The notes: generated from the letters alone by a model not told the origin. Shown: positions 29,067 through 40,503, counted from the stretch's first letter. The stretch: DNA of 64,000 nucleotides from an uncultured Lachnospiraceae bacterium (GCA_900551115.1 URUY01000014.1:14140-78139), one strand, 5' to 3'. Numbers and translations: made by a program.

Positions 29067-30992
29067 TTATTCTTTTACGAAGGCTGCCCGGAAACGAAAA
29101 CGTGCATCTTCTTCATACCACATCACAAAATTTGTGCCCCACACATTGTTGTACAGATTGAAATAGGAACCGTTTGTTTCAGGCATTTCATCAGTAAAAT
29201 TTAACAGGGACGGCTTTCCGGGGGCTACCAGTGCCGCGTCAAGGCTTTCTATTATAACATCCTTGTATTTTACCCCGAAATCCGTTGCATGAAGCCTTCT
29301 TCCGCCCTTGTTCACTATATCTTTGCAATCAATCCATTCACCCAGTTTTCTGACTGCCATATTCTTAGAAAGAGGATTTATGCCAAACCAAAGCGCCTCG
29401 GGAATTCTGCTTGCATCTTTATGAAACCACCCAAAATCCATATCTACGGAATCTTTTTCTATCTGTATTTTTAACATCAGTTCTCTGGGCGCTCCGTAGA
29501 TTTCACAGGCCGTTTCTTCAAATTCCATAAAGCATATAACCGAATTCCGGTTCTTATAAGCTTTCTTAAGCCTTGGTCTTTCCGCAAAATATTCTTTTAC
29601 AGCTGCTTCTTCTCCTATTTTCTGAAAATCCTCCAATGCCCAATCAGCTTTATTCGTCACATACTGACTTACAAACCTGTCGTATTCTTTTTGGGAAAAC
29701 ACCTCGTAAAAACAGTCTGCCCACAAATGCTTTTTATCTGCAAGGATTCTGTCCTGACAGCGCAGATATTCTATGGCGCCGTTTTCATTTAACAAAATTT
29801 CTGCCCCATCCAGCCTGCAAATCTGCCTTATGTCTGAAATTTCTTCATACCCTTTTACGGACGGCTGTACTGTTTTATACTGACTGACTGCATGAAGCGC
29901 CTCTGCTTTGTGAACGCCTTTCAGGGCTTTTACCGCATCCGTTACAAAGGCCCGCTGTTCCTCCCATGACTTTTCCATCCGGCAGAATCCCGGAAGCCCT
30001 CTGGCTGCCTGAAACTCTTTTTTGATAAAATAGCGGTATTCACCTTTTCTTTCTTCTATCCACGTACCTAAGTGTGTTTTTTCATCCATTCCCCATGTAT
30101 GTTCGGGCACCAAAAGCAGCTTACTGTAAACAGCTGCTTTTTCCTGTGGCGAATAGCTGCGGACGCACCTAAGCAGCGCTCGATACCTGCTAAGCTTTAA
30201 TGGGTCTGAACCAACACCATGAATCCAGCTGTCACCGATTTCTTTTGTTACAACCGGCAGATTTTTTACCGGCAATACCGCTTCTGCAATATCATTCAGC
30301 GTTCCCGCATGGATGTAAGCGTCCGGATATTTCTCTTTCAGTTCCTGATAGACTTTTAAAATACTTTCTGCTGACTGCGGCCCCAGGTTATCCCCGGTAT
30401 GCGCAAAATATACCGCCGTTTCCGTTCCGGGAATCCTTGTAAAATCGCCGTAATCACAGTTATACATTACTATAATTTCTTCCCCGCTGTCTGCTCTCCA
30501 CAAAAACAGTTCGGGAACATCCGGTATTGACGATGCGGGGTTGACTCCGATATGTAAAAACCGTATTCCCGCCTTATACAGAAACGGAATCATCGCCTTG
30601 GTGTGTCCCGGCACATCCGTCATTTTTGCAGCAATGGTTTTCTTGCAGAATCTTTTATCCAGATTTTTTGAAATATGCAGTCCATACGTAAATAATTCTG
30701 CATCCATCAGCTCCGTATGCGTTGTAAACGGCAGACCATTCCATGAAATTTCATTATGCCGTATAGCTTCCTCCATACTTTCTCTTTGTATGTTATCAGC
30801 CCGCTCCAAAAACTGCTCTATCAGCCATGAACCCACCGTCCAGATAAATTTTTCCTCTCTGCCGCGCAGTTCCTCTGCTACCTTCATTGCCTTGGGAATA
30901 AAGGACTGTATATATGTATCTACCACATTTTTTGCAAAATCAGTGAAGCCTACGTCCAAATGCGTCTTAAACAATACTATGATTTCTTTCAC
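29067..30992 (-). CDS. putative glycoside hydrolase (GH38-like N-terminal domain)
   Basis: 641 aa with N-terminal …VLFKTHLDVGFTD… H-x-D metal-binding style motif. Family assignment is tentative. Confidence 0.4.
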   Translation of the reverse strand: MKEIIVLFKTHLDVGFTDFAKNVVDTYIQSFIPKAMKVAEELRGREEKFIWTVGSWLIEQFLERADNIQRESMEEAIRHNEISWNGLPFTTHTELMDAELFTYGLHISKNLDKRFCKKTIAAKMTDVPGHTKAMIPFLYKAGIRFLHIGVNPASSIPDVPELFLWRADSGEEIIVMYNCDYGDFTRIPGTETAVYFAHTGDNLGPQSAESILKVYQELKEKYPDAYIHAGTLNDIAEAVLPVKNLPVVTKEIGDSWIHGVGSDPLKLSRYRALLRCVRSYSPQEKAAVYSKLLLVPEHTWGMDEKTHLGTWIEERKGEYRYFIKKEFQAARGLPGFCRMEKSWEEQRAFVTDAVKALKGVHKAEALHAVSQYKTVQPSVKGYEEISDIRQICRLDGAEILLNENGAIEYLRCQDRILADKKHLWADCFYEVFSQKEYDRFVSQYVTNKADWALEDFQKIGEEAAVKEYFAERPRLKKAYKNRNSVICFMEFEETACEIYGAPRELMLKIQIEKDSVDMDFGWFHKDASRIPEALWFGINPLSKNMAVRKLGEWIDCKDIVNKGGRRLHATDFGVKYKDVIIESLDAALVAPGKPSLLNFTDEMPETNGSYFNLYNNVWGTNFVMWYEEDARFRFRAAFVKE

Positions 30993-31018
30993 TCGCTACC
31001 TCCGCTTTCTGTAAACAG

Positions 31019-31906
31019 CTATTCTTTGACCGCTCCCAAAACCAATCCCGTCATAAAGAAACGCTGCAAAAACGGATACAATATCAGAATAGGAAGCATG
31101 GAAACCACAATTTTGGCCATATTCAAGGTACTGTTAGATACTTCAGTCAGCAGCAGCATTTCCTCCGGCGTGTATAACCTGAGATCATTTACGGACACAA
31201 CCAGCTGTTGGATATATGTCTGCAGGGGGTAATTATCTGAATTCATAAGTATCAATCCGTTAAAGAAATCATTCCAAATGCCTACTAAGGAAAACAATGT
31301 AACCGTTGCTAACGCTGGCAGGGAAAGAGGAATATATATTTTCCACATTACAGACCATTCGCTCGCCCCGTCCATAACCGCCGCCTCATTTAATTCCTTG
31401 GGAAGATTTCTGAAAAAATTCATCAGCATAATAACATTCCCTGCAGGCACTGCGCTCGGCAGCACCAATGCCCATATCGTATTTAATATATTCAGTTTTG
31501 CTATCGTCATGTACCAGGGTATCAGTCCTCCGCTGAAAAGAGTTGTAAAAACCACCGTCCACATAAACACATTCCGCAGTCTGAATTCTTTTTTTGTCTT
31601 CGACAGGGGATATGCCATTAAAATGGTAAGAACAAAGCTCAGGCTTCCTCCCAGTATCACTCTGACAACAGATATCATCGTGGCTCTGAAAAATTTAGCG
31701 TCCTGTAATATTACGCCATATGCCTTTAAGGTAAAATCTACCGGAAAAATAGTAACCCTGCCGGCTGCTACTGCTGACTTATCGCTTAAAGAAATTGCAA
31801 TCGTATTCAGCAGCGGATATGCGCATAAGGCCGCCATAATGATTAAAAAAACAATAATAAATGCATATCCTATTTTATCCGCTATTGACCGGTTCTTCAT
31901 AACCAT
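31019..31906 (-). CDS. carbohydrate ABC transporter permease (LplC/YtcP-like)
   Basis: 295 aa, 6 TM. EAA-type loop (…LNEAAVMDGASEW…). Confidence 0.85.
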   Translation of the reverse strand: MVMKNRSIADKIGYAFIIVFLIIMAALCAYPLLNTIAISLSDKSAVAAGRVTIFPVDFTLKAYGVILQDAKFFRATMISVVRVILGGSLSFVLTILMAYPLSKTKKEFRLRNVFMWTVVFTTLFSGGLIPWYMTIAKLNILNTIWALVLPSAVPAGNVIMLMNFFRNLPKELNEAAVMDGASEWSVMWKIYIPLSLPALATVTLFSLVGIWNDFFNGLILMNSDNYPLQTYIQQLVVSVNDLRLYTPEEMLLLTEVSNSTLNMAKIVVSMLPILILYPFLQRFFMTGLVLGAVKE

Positions 31907-31918
31907 ATCCGTACCTTT

Positions 31919-32812
31919 CTAAAAGATTCTGTAATTTGCGAATTTCTCCGCCGCCTTATGCGCTATAACCATAAGCACCAACCCCACACAGGACTTTAAT
32001 AAGCCTACTGCCGCGGCAAAACTAAACTGCATACTTTCAAGTCCCATTCGGTATACAAAGGTATCCAGAATATCCACCTTATCATAAACCAAAGGATTGT
32101 ACAGGTTAAAAATCTGATCAAAATTTGCATTCATGATATTGCCGATGTTCAATGTCAGCAACAAAAGAATGGTCGGCGCCATGCCGGGAAGCATGATGTA
32201 GCGCACCCTCTGCAGCCTGCTTGCTCCTTCTAAGCGCGCTACCTCATATTGGTTGGGATTGATACCTGACAAAGCTGCCAAATATACAATTGTTCCAAAC
32301 CCGGCTTCCTTTATCACATCTGTCAGTATAATAAGCGGTCTTACAAAGTTACCGTCAGCAAAAAACAATATACCTTCTTCAACGCCAAACATTGACAATA
32401 AACCGTTTACCGGACCGTTTAAATCAAAAATATTCAATAAAATTCCTGAAATTGCTACCCATGACAAAAAATGAGGAATATAAATAATCGTCTGTATCGT
32501 TTTCTTAAATACTTTGTTTCCCACTTCGTACAGCATTATTGCCAGTATGACGGAAAGCAGCGTATTTAAAATAATCTTTGAAGTAGCAATAAATACGGTA
32601 TTAAATATAATCTGCTTGATATCCGGTATTTGAAACAGGAATTCAAAATACTCCAGTCCTACAAATTCTGAACCCAAAATACCCTTGGTCGGCACATATT
32701 TCTGAAATGCCATTACAACCCCGAACATGGGAATTATACTGAATATTACTAGAAGTATCATTCCCGGTAATATCATTAACGTATACACAATATTTCTTGT
32801 TTTAAAACGCAC
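31919..32812 (-). CDS. carbohydrate ABC transporter permease (LplB-like)
   Basis: 297 aa, 6 TM. Sequence resembles LplB/MalF-type permeases (…ILTDVIKEAGFGTIVYLAALSGINPNQYEVARLEGAS…). Confidence 0.85.
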   Translation of the reverse strand: MRFKTRNIVYTLMILPGMILLVIFSIIPMFGVVMAFQKYVPTKGILGSEFVGLEYFEFLFQIPDIKQIIFNTVFIATSKIILNTLLSVILAIMLYEVGNKVFKKTIQTIIYIPHFLSWVAISGILLNIFDLNGPVNGLLSMFGVEEGILFFADGNFVRPLIILTDVIKEAGFGTIVYLAALSGINPNQYEVARLEGASRLQRVRYIMLPGMAPTILLLLTLNIGNIMNANFDQIFNLYNPLVYDKVDILDTFVYRMGLESMQFSFAAAVGLLKSCVGLVLMVIAHKAAEKFANYRIF

Positions 32813-32840
32813 AATACTACCTCCCTACAGGGTAAAACAT

Positions 32841-34508
32841 TTACTTTACCATTTCTCTGACTTCCTGCGTAATCTCGTCTCCGCCAGCCTGCTTCCACTC
32901 TTCCACAAAGGTGTCAAAAGCATCTACCGGAAGCTCGCCGATAATAATTTTTATCACAGTTTCATCATACATTTTTTCAAGCATTCCCCACTTCAGCTCC
33001 ATAGACGCGGTCTTGCCGTAAAAAGCAATTTCCTTACGGGCAATTTGTTCGCCGGAGGTCAATGCCTGTCCTTCGTATCTTGCAGTCGCTTCTGCCCAGT
33101 CTGAGCTGTTTGTTCTGGGGCTTTCCTGATTCTTTATATACGCATCATAGCCGGTCTTATAGAAGTAAGGTAAATCATCTCCGTTACCCTCCTTGATTGC
33201 ATTGTCAATCGCTTCATAGTAGCGGAAAACTGCGTCTTCATAATCCAGCACCAGATTTACCGGCCATACTCCGGCAGTACCATTGTTTAAAGAAATAATA
33301 TCTTTTGCATCTTCCAAAAAGCCTTTTCTTGCACATTCTACTACGTTGAGAGTCTTAATAACCGCTTCCGGGTTTTCACAATCCTTACTGATAACCAAAT
33401 ATTCTCCGCTGGGATTCTGGGTAACTGTCTTAACCTGTCCGTTAGCGTCTACCGGCGCCAGATAAGGCTTCCAGTCTGCATCCGGGTTGTTTTTTACAGA
33501 ATCGTTAAGCGGCCAATACGGCGCATACCAGGGACCAAAGAAAATACCGCACTGGTCGTTAGCAATTAACGTACTTGCATCATTGCCCTGCTGCCTTACC
33601 GCAAACTGCCTGTCTATAATGCCTTCCTCGTACATAGCGTTTATTTCTGTCAGCGCTGTTTTCATTTCAGGCGCAATAGAACCATAGATAATTTCACCGT
33701 CTGCATTTTTAATCCACTGACGCGGATAAGCATCATACAGTCCAAAAACCGTATCCAATAAATACATCCAGTTATAATATCCTGCTACCTCCGGCGCAAC
33801 GGGAATACCGATGGTATCATCCTCGCCATTACCATCAGGGTCATTTTCCACAAAGCTCTTGGCGATCATTTTAATGTCTTCTAATGTCTTAGGTTCAGAT
33901 AACCCCAGCTTGTCCATCCAGTCTTTTCTTACCCATACAAGCATATGCTCTCCGGCAAGCTTACAGGATGGCAGCGCCATGATTTGTCCGTCAAAGGTTA
34001 CAGGTTCTAATATTCTTCCGTTATAAGAATCGTAATAAGATTTAATTTCATCACACAGCGTTTTTTCATAATATTCATCCAAAGGAAGTATCATATCCGC
34101 TTCCACCAGCTGCTGCAGCGTAAGCTCATCTACAATCAGTGTGTCGGGCATGTCTTTATTGGCAATACTTAACGTTACTTTCTGGGCATAGGCATCCTGT
34201 GCCACGGTCCATGCATAATCTACTTCAACATTAATCTTGTCTTTGATATACCTTGAAAAAAGGTTGTCCTCCAAAGTATCACCTTCCGGCAGATTGGTAA
34301 GAACCGGTTCCACAATTCCCTGTGTAATCGTGACGGTTTCCGGGTACTTGCTAAAGGGTTCCAGCATATCATCCTGTGCATTGTCACCTGCAATACTTTC
34401 CACCGTTTCTTTATCCGTAGAATCCAGATTCTGCGTTTTACCGCCCCCACACCCAATCAGTGACAGCATCATAACAACTGTTAACATACCGGCTATAACT
34501 CTTTTCAT
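32841..34508 (-). CDS. extracellular solute-binding lipoprotein (LplA-like)
   Basis: 555 aa. Signal peptide with lipobox LSLIGC. Family-1 SBP size and composition. Confidence 0.8.
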   Translation of the reverse strand: MKRVIAGMLTVVMMLSLIGCGGGKTQNLDSTDKETVESIAGDNAQDDMLEPFSKYPETVTITQGIVEPVLTNLPEGDTLEDNLFSRYIKDKINVEVDYAWTVAQDAYAQKVTLSIANKDMPDTLIVDELTLQQLVEADMILPLDEYYEKTLCDEIKSYYDSYNGRILEPVTFDGQIMALPSCKLAGEHMLVWVRKDWMDKLGLSEPKTLEDIKMIAKSFVENDPDGNGEDDTIGIPVAPEVAGYYNWMYLLDTVFGLYDAYPRQWIKNADGEIIYGSIAPEMKTALTEINAMYEEGIIDRQFAVRQQGNDASTLIANDQCGIFFGPWYAPYWPLNDSVKNNPDADWKPYLAPVDANGQVKTVTQNPSGEYLVISKDCENPEAVIKTLNVVECARKGFLEDAKDIISLNNGTAGVWPVNLVLDYEDAVFRYYEAIDNAIKEGNGDDLPYFYKTGYDAYIKNQESPRTNSSDWAEATARYEGQALTSGEQIARKEIAFYGKTASMELKWGMLEKMYDETVIKIIIGELPVDAFDTFVEEWKQAGGDEITQEVREMVK

Positions 34509-35926
34509 CTTTTTTCCTCCTCATCTCTTAACAGGTTTACCGTGCAAATTTCAAACGCCTTTACTTTATGGCATTCCTTCTGTAACTCAAACAAAGCATT
34601 TCCGGTACTCATAATCTTATAGGTTCCGTCCCCCATATCGATTACAATCCCGATAGCCGAGCTGGTAGTACTAAAACGGACCTCCGTTCCGTTTATCTCC
34701 CGCTGCTCTGTAAAAATTTCCTTTGTGTTTCCAAAGCAGTTAAAATAGAATATATCTTCATTACTTCGCCGTACGGCAATATCCTCCATCACCCTGCCAA
34801 GCATTCCAAAAATTCCTCTGACCAGAGGCGTATGCGGCTGCGTATCATTTCCGTTCTCATCCAGCAGAAAATTGTCGGAGCCTTTCGTTGTTTCCGCCAG
34901 CCGGTATACATCTGCACCTGCGCCGTCTGCTGCCAAAACCTCGATTATGCAGTTATGCATAAACGGCTGATGTCCCGGCAATTCACTGATATGCGGCATA
35001 TTGTCATCCTGTGAAAAATATTCTTTCAACTGTTTATAGGTGGTCATCTGATCATAGCCATAGGTATCTATCCCTATAAAGTCTATATAACAGGGTGTAC
35101 TGGAAAGAATCTTATGCAAATCTTCATCCACCTCATAATACGGCCAAATAAAATTAACCCTTGTAAAAATATCCATATTATCCTTTACTGTCCGGGCTAT
35201 TTTATTTAAGTATACCGCCAGCCTGTCTTTTGAAAACTCTATATCATCCGTATAACCGTTTTCCTCAAAAATCCGGTTGCAGGTATTGCAAAAACAGCGT
35301 TTCGTCTGAACCATGGTTGGATTGTGCTGCATAATAGAGGGTTCGTTTTCTACCTGAAAACCAATAACCACACCGTTTTTATCAAACGCTTTGATATGCC
35401 GCATCATTTCTGCAAGCAGTTTGGTTTCGCGTTCAAGCAGTCTGTCATTTTCCCGGCAAAGAGAAATTTTTCTTCCATCGCTGTTTTCATAACTTCCTCC
35501 AACCACTTCCCCATTCTCATTTAAAATCCTCTGATAGGTCTTTTGGTCGTCAATAATATAATCCGGCGTCACATTTCCCCATCCTGAGCCGCACACATCC
35601 GAACCAAACCACACAATTTCAAGCTTTAAATTATTTTCTTCACATTCGGTGATTGCAAAATCAAGATTTGTCCAGTCATATATTCCCTCAGAAGGTTCAC
35701 ATTCCCTAAAACATACAGGAACCTGAACCGTATTACAGTTTAAATTTTTCGCCCATCTGAAGATTCCTTTTTCATGTATGGTTTTATTATCTGCTTTTTG
35801 TTCCCGTCTCCAAAGATCCAGCCTGATTTGAATACCGTATGTCTGAAATGGTTTTCCATGAACATAAATGACCTTTTTTCCGTTAGGAAGCTTTCTGATA
35901 CATGAACGTTCTTTTATTTCCTGCAT
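34505..35926 (-). CDS. putative clan GH-A glycoside hydrolase (GH5-like)
   Basis: 473 aa with …FQVENEP… (NEP acid/base motif). No signal peptide. Stop overlaps the start of the SBP gene. Confidence 0.45.
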   Translation of the reverse strand: MQEIKERSCIRKLPNGKKVIYVHGKPFQTYGIQIRLDLWRREQKADNKTIHEKGIFRWAKNLNCNTVQVPVCFRECEPSEGIYDWTNLDFAITECEENNLKLEIVWFGSDVCGSGWGNVTPDYIIDDQKTYQRILNENGEVVGGSYENSDGRKISLCRENDRLLERETKLLAEMMRHIKAFDKNGVVIGFQVENEPSIMQHNPTMVQTKRCFCNTCNRIFEENGYTDDIEFSKDRLAVYLNKIARTVKDNMDIFTRVNFIWPYYEVDEDLHKILSSTPCYIDFIGIDTYGYDQMTTYKQLKEYFSQDDNMPHISELPGHQPFMHNCIIEVLAADGAGADVYRLAETTKGSDNFLLDENGNDTQPHTPLVRGIFGMLGRVMEDIAVRRSNEDIFYFNCFGNTKEIFTEQREINGTEVRFSTTSSAIGIVIDMGDGTYKIMSTGNALFELQKECHKVKAFEICTVNLLRDEEEKR

Positions 35927-36104
35927 TCTCCCTCCTATCCCCCATATCCAGAATCCCGGGTATCTGCATATATGAAGTATTTTTCCTACAATTAAATTAT
36001 ACCGACAAACACCTCTTACGGATATATAACAATATTTTGATACATATAAAAATTTTTAGATGCTTTGTGCAAAATAACAAATTGTGGAATAAAATCCACC
36101 TTAT

Positions 36105-36133
36105 TGACTTATATTTTGACTATTGCTATACTA
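36105..36133 (+). promoter_or_regulatory. candidate promoter (TTGACT-17-TATACT) for yesN-yesM
   Basis: Read directly in the AT-rich intergenic region. Confidence 0.4.
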
Positions 36134-36181
36134 AAAATACTCAAATATCCTATATAAAATACACAAAAAGGAAGACTTGAT

Positions 36182-37399
36182 ATGTTACATTTGTTAATTG
36201 TAGACGACAACAAGCTGGAACTTATGGGAATCAGAAAAGTGTTAAAAGATAACTTTCCTGATTTGGTCATCTATGAAGCAGGCAATGGCGATGCCGCATT
36301 AGATTTTATTGCACATAATATAATAGATATCGTCATTAGCGATATCAAAATGCCTTTAATGGACGGCATTACCCTTAGCCAAAAGCTTTCCCAGCATTAT
36401 CCGGAAATAAAAATTCTGCTGCTCAGTGCCTACGGGGAATTTGAATATGCCCAGTCCGCCATCAGATACGGTGTAAAATATTATCTTTTAAAGCCTGTCA
36501 ATATTAAGGAACTGATAGCGGCAGTTACAGAGCTTTGCGCCTCCATATCCGATTCCCCCCTCTCCTTTTCGGAAAACCAGCTTTCAGAAATACATAAAAA
36601 AACACTGCTGTATAATCTGTTTTACGAAAAAGAAATCGGAGAAAAGAGCTTTAAGCTGCTGGAGGTATTTTATCCTCAGTATATAAACAAGCCGTTTTAT
36701 CTCGGAGCCCTGTTTTTTTCGGCGGACGTTTTTGATCAATACGAAGAAATACCCCGCCATTTAAAAAGACTGTTTTCTACAGATTTCCTTATTTTAAACG
36801 AAACACAGATGGTTTTTTTACTTGCAGAAAACGAAGGTGCAATAGAAGCGCAAATAAAAAAAATAGAGACCAAAGTAAAATCTCTTTCCTATCTTCCGAA
36901 GGCCTCTCTTTTTATTGACCGTCTGTTTGGACTGGACGAGATTTTTTCTTCCTTTTGTCAAATGAACCAGCGTACTGTATTTCGGGAGGTTTTTTCCGTT
37001 TTTGACCTGAAAGACAACCAGCCAGACGCTGAAAAGGGTAACGAAAACCTGCAGACAGAAAAAAAGAATGAGGCTATCATAAACACCGTTAAGGATATTA
37101 TTAACACAAGGTATCAGCACGACCTCTCCTTAGACAGTCTGGCCGAAAGCGTATTCCTTTCTCCCAGTTACCTATGCTCCATTTTCCACAGGCATGAGCA
37201 GAAAACACTGACTATGTACATATGCAATGTGCGTCTGAATAAAGCTATAGAGCTGCTGCTGAATACAAACATGAAAATTTCCGACATTTCCGCTTCTGTG
37301 GGATACCGCCACAGCGCATATTTCTGCAAACTGTTCAAAGACCGTTTTGGAGAAACTCCATCAGAATTCAGAACCAGGAAAAATTACGAACCGGAGTAA
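36182..37399 (+). CDS. yesN: two-component response regulator, receiver + AraC-type HTH
   Basis: 405 aa with CheY-like receiver (…LLIVDDN…DIVISDIKMP) and C-terminal AraC HTH. Confidence 0.85.
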   Translation: MLHLLIVDDNKLELMGIRKVLKDNFPDLVIYEAGNGDAALDFIAHNIIDIVISDIKMPLMDGITLSQKLSQHYPEIKILLLSAYGEFEYAQSAIRYGVKYYLLKPVNIKELIAAVTELCASISDSPLSFSENQLSEIHKKTLLYNLFYEKEIGEKSFKLLEVFYPQYINKPFYLGALFFSADVFDQYEEIPRHLKRLFSTDFLILNETQMVFLLAENEGAIEAQIKKIETKVKSLSYLPKASLFIDRLFGLDEIFSSFCQMNQRTVFREVFSVFDLKDNQPDAEKGNENLQTEKKNEAIINTVKDIINTRYQHDLSLDSLAESVFLSPSYLCSIFHRHEQKTLTMYICNVRLNKAIELLLNTNMKISDISASVGYRHSAYFCKLFKDRFGETPSEFRTRKNYEPE

Positions 37400-37404
37400 G
37401 GACA

Positions 37405-39072
37405 ATGAGAGTACTATGGGATAATTTCAGTATCAGAACTAAATTTTTACTGCAGCTTTTATCGGTTACTGTTATCACGATTTCCATTATTTCAGGCTAT
37501 TATATCTTTGAATCCTCACAGACGCTGAAAAAGGAGCTGATATCCGGCAATTTAAGCGTCCTTGATAAAAGTATGCTAAATGTGACCAAAGAGCTGGACA
37601 CCATTGTCAACTCTGCCAATACCCTTGCCAATTATACGCCTTTAATCAACGCATTTTCCATAAATTATGAAGACGTCTTTCAGCTGCATGATGTATATGA
37701 AAAAGAGATTACTCCCATTATCTCCATTATGGAATATCCCAATCCCTATATGAATCACGTTAAATTCTATATCGACAATGATTCCTTTCATTTCTATAAC
37801 ATTATGCCCATTGACGAAGCCCGTGGCGAAGAATGGTTTGACTCAATATGCAGCAGCAGGGATTATTATATAACCGGCCATTATAATAATACCATCAGTA
37901 TCATCAGCAAAACCGTAAGCAGTCAATCCGGCTGCATCATCTATGTACCGGTTAATATCAATCGCCTGTTTAAAGACATGGTATACCTGGACGATTCCTT
38001 ATATATCATAAAGTTTGGAGATGAAATTGTAGGAACCTTTCCCGAACAGCTTCATATAACAGATACCTCCGACACATTTCTGCAGTATAACGGTAATCAC
38101 TATACAAAGCTGGCGGTCAGGTCGGATAAATATGATTTGGAAATTATAAAGTATGTAAACAATTCCCATTTGGTTATTGATTTAAATGCAACCCTTTGGA
38201 AATTTTGTTTTATTATTTTTCTCCTGTTTACAGCCATATTCTTCTTATCGCTTATGTTTTCAAAGAGCATTACGAAAAAAATAAAGCTGCTAAATGACTC
38301 TATGAATATAATTGAGCAGGGCAATTTTAACCTTGTGCTTCCTAATACCAGTAAGGATGAGGTGGGACAGCTGACAGATAAGTTTAATGTTATGACGCAA
38401 AAAATTAACCAGCTTATTAAGGATATCGTACAAAACAGCATACGAAACAAAGAACTGGAGGTAAAGCTTCTCAGTGCCCAGATAAAGCCGCATTTTTTAT
38501 ATAACACCCTGTCAACTATAAGCTGGATGGCAACCTTTGAGTATACCGATGAAATAAAAGAAATTGTAGAAAACATCTGCGCCTTTTATCGAACCAGTTT
38601 AAATAACGGAGGAAATTTTACCACGGTTAAGGATGAGCTGTTAAATATTAAATCCTATATCACTTTAGAGCAATTTATGCATCCTGATTTATTTGACGTA
38701 TCCTACGAAATCGAAGATGACGTCCTCAGCCGTCAAATCCCCAATTTCATACTGCAGCCTTTTGTAGAAAACAGCATTGTCCATGCTTTCAATAAAATGA
38801 GAACCGGAAAAGGAGGTCTTGTACTCAAGGCCGTATATTCACAAAATGAGATTCTTTTCACCATTTCCGATAACGGAATCGGCATTGAACCGAATACGCT
38901 CGCTAAGCTGCTTGTAACATCAAATCCTAAAAACAACTACGGTATTTACAATGTCAACAAGCGTCTCGAACTGCTGTACGGGACCGGTTATCCCTATATA
39001 CAGATTGAAAGCCAAATCTTACGGGGCACCTGCGTTACAATACGCATTCCCGACTGCCATAAAGCCGACTGA
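37405..39072 (+). CDS. yesM: sensor histidine kinase (YesM-like)
   Basis: 555 aa with TM, HAMP and His_kinase internal region (…QIKPHFLYNTLSTISWMA…) plus HATPase_c. Confidence 0.85.
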   Translation: MRVLWDNFSIRTKFLLQLLSVTVITISIISGYYIFESSQTLKKELISGNLSVLDKSMLNVTKELDTIVNSANTLANYTPLINAFSINYEDVFQLHDVYEKEITPIISIMEYPNPYMNHVKFYIDNDSFHFYNIMPIDEARGEEWFDSICSSRDYYITGHYNNTISIISKTVSSQSGCIIYVPVNINRLFKDMVYLDDSLYIIKFGDEIVGTFPEQLHITDTSDTFLQYNGNHYTKLAVRSDKYDLEIIKYVNNSHLVIDLNATLWKFCFIIFLLFTAIFFLSLMFSKSITKKIKLLNDSMNIIEQGNFNLVLPNTSKDEVGQLTDKFNVMTQKINQLIKDIVQNSIRNKELEVKLLSAQIKPHFLYNTLSTISWMATFEYTDEIKEIVENICAFYRTSLNNGGNFTTVKDELLNIKSYITLEQFMHPDLFDVSYEIEDDVLSRQIPNFILQPFVENSIVHAFNKMRTGKGGLVLKAVYSQNEILFTISDNGIGIEPNTLAKLLVTSNPKNNYGIYNVNKRLELLYGTGYPYIQIESQILRGTCVTIRIPDCHKAD

Positions 39073-39084
39073 CCACAGTCAGCT

Positions 39085-40503
39085 TTATGGCTGGGAAAGC
39101 ATTTCTTCTATAAATATACCGTAACCGCTGGTGGCGTCATTTACCAGCACATGCGTCACCGCCCCTACGATTTTACCGTTCTGTATAATGGGCGCACCGC
39201 TCATTCCCTGCACAATACCGCCGGTAATAGCAATCAATTCCGGGTCTGTTACCTGAAGCACGATTCCCTTGTTTACATTGATATGGTCCAGATGCAGCTC
39301 TTTAATCTTAATATCGTAATATTTGGGCTTTCCGTCCACTGTACAGAGAATCTGCGCTTCTCCTGCTTCTACCTCCTGCTTCAGGCCGATAGGAAGCGCC
39401 TCTTCTTCTATCTGCTCAAGCATTTCCTCATTGCAGACACCAAATATCCCTTTTGTCGTATTATCCGTAATGACGCCCAAAATATTTTTATCAGAATAAT
39501 CTATCATTCCCGTCATTTCTCCGGGCTCGCCCTTAGTTCCCTTTTTGATTGCTATAATATCGGTATGATACAGCGTGCCGCTGTCCAGCTTCATAACAAG
39601 ACTGGTATCCACATCATTAATGCCATGTCCCAGCGCTCCGAAATTCCCTTCGCTGTCCACATAGGTCATGGTACCCACGCCCTGGGCGCTGTCTCTGACC
39701 CAAATCCCCAGCTTATACTCGCCGTTTTGATTTTTTACCGGCACAGCTTCCACATCAAACTCTTCTTCTCCTCTGCGTATGGAAAGTACAATAGGCTTTC
39801 CGCCTGCCTTTTCAACGGTCTTCATAAAATCCTTTTTACCCGTTACCGCCTCGCCGTCCACCGCTAGAATATAATCGCCGGTTTTCAATAAATACCGGGA
39901 CGGTGAAACGCTGCTTCCGTCCTGCGCAGAAAAATCTCCTACGCCGATTACAAGCACACCGTCTGTTTTTAAGTAAATTCCAATAGGCAGCCCTACCGGA
40001 AACAGGGTTTTGTCCTTTATGACCTCAATATTAACCTGTTTAAAGGGAATCCATCCAAACAGCTTTAAATTCATCTGATAACTGCTTAACGTATCTGCTT
40101 TCATTGTTACCTGGCTGCTCAAATCTATATGGATGGCATCCACCGGAATATTGGACTTGCCCTGTCCGTTTACCGTAACCGCCCGCATATTTTCTTCCTC
40201 TCTCTCTTCCAGCCTGACAATCTCTCCCTCTACAGGCAGGCAGATATCTAGGATTTGCTCCTCGCCCACCTTTAATTTAATATCACCCGGAATCTGCTCA
40301 TAGATACGCAAAAGCCAGACACCAAAAAGGGTCATGCAGGTAACAAAAAATGCACCTACAAGGCATCTTCTGTATATTTTCTTTCTCTTTATAATCTTTT
40401 TTGTAGTTTCTGTTTTTCCCGCCTCTTTCACTTTTGCCTCCTTATGTTTCTGTCCATTCAAAAAAAGAGCATCCTTATCGGATACTCTTTTTATTGTTGT
40501 CAC
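39085..40503 (-). CDS. spoIVB: stage IV sporulation protein B (S55 signal peptidase)
   Basis: PDZ domain and S55 signature GT.TYVD….FGALGH. TM anchor at N-terminus. Start may be downstream of the annotated ORF start. Confidence 0.85.
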   Translation of the reverse strand: MTTIKRVSDKDALFLNGQKHKEAKVKEAGKTETTKKIIKRKKIYRRCLVGAFFVTCMTLFGVWLLRIYEQIPGDIKLKVGEEQILDICLPVEGEIVRLEEREEENMRAVTVNGQGKSNIPVDAIHIDLSSQVTMKADTLSSYQMNLKLFGWIPFKQVNIEVIKDKTLFPVGLPIGIYLKTDGVLVIGVGDFSAQDGSSVSPSRYLLKTGDYILAVDGEAVTGKKDFMKTVEKAGGKPIVLSIRRGEEEFDVEAVPVKNQNGEYKLGIWVRDSAQGVGTMTYVDSEGNFGALGHGINDVDTSLVMKLDSGTLYHTDIIAIKKGTKGEPGEMTGMIDYSDKNILGVITDNTTKGIFGVCNEEMLEQIEEEALPIGLKQEVEAGEAQILCTVDGKPKYYDIKIKELHLDHINVNKGIVLQVTDPELIAITGGIVQGMSGAPIIQNGKIVGAVTHVLVNDATSGYGIFIEEMLSQP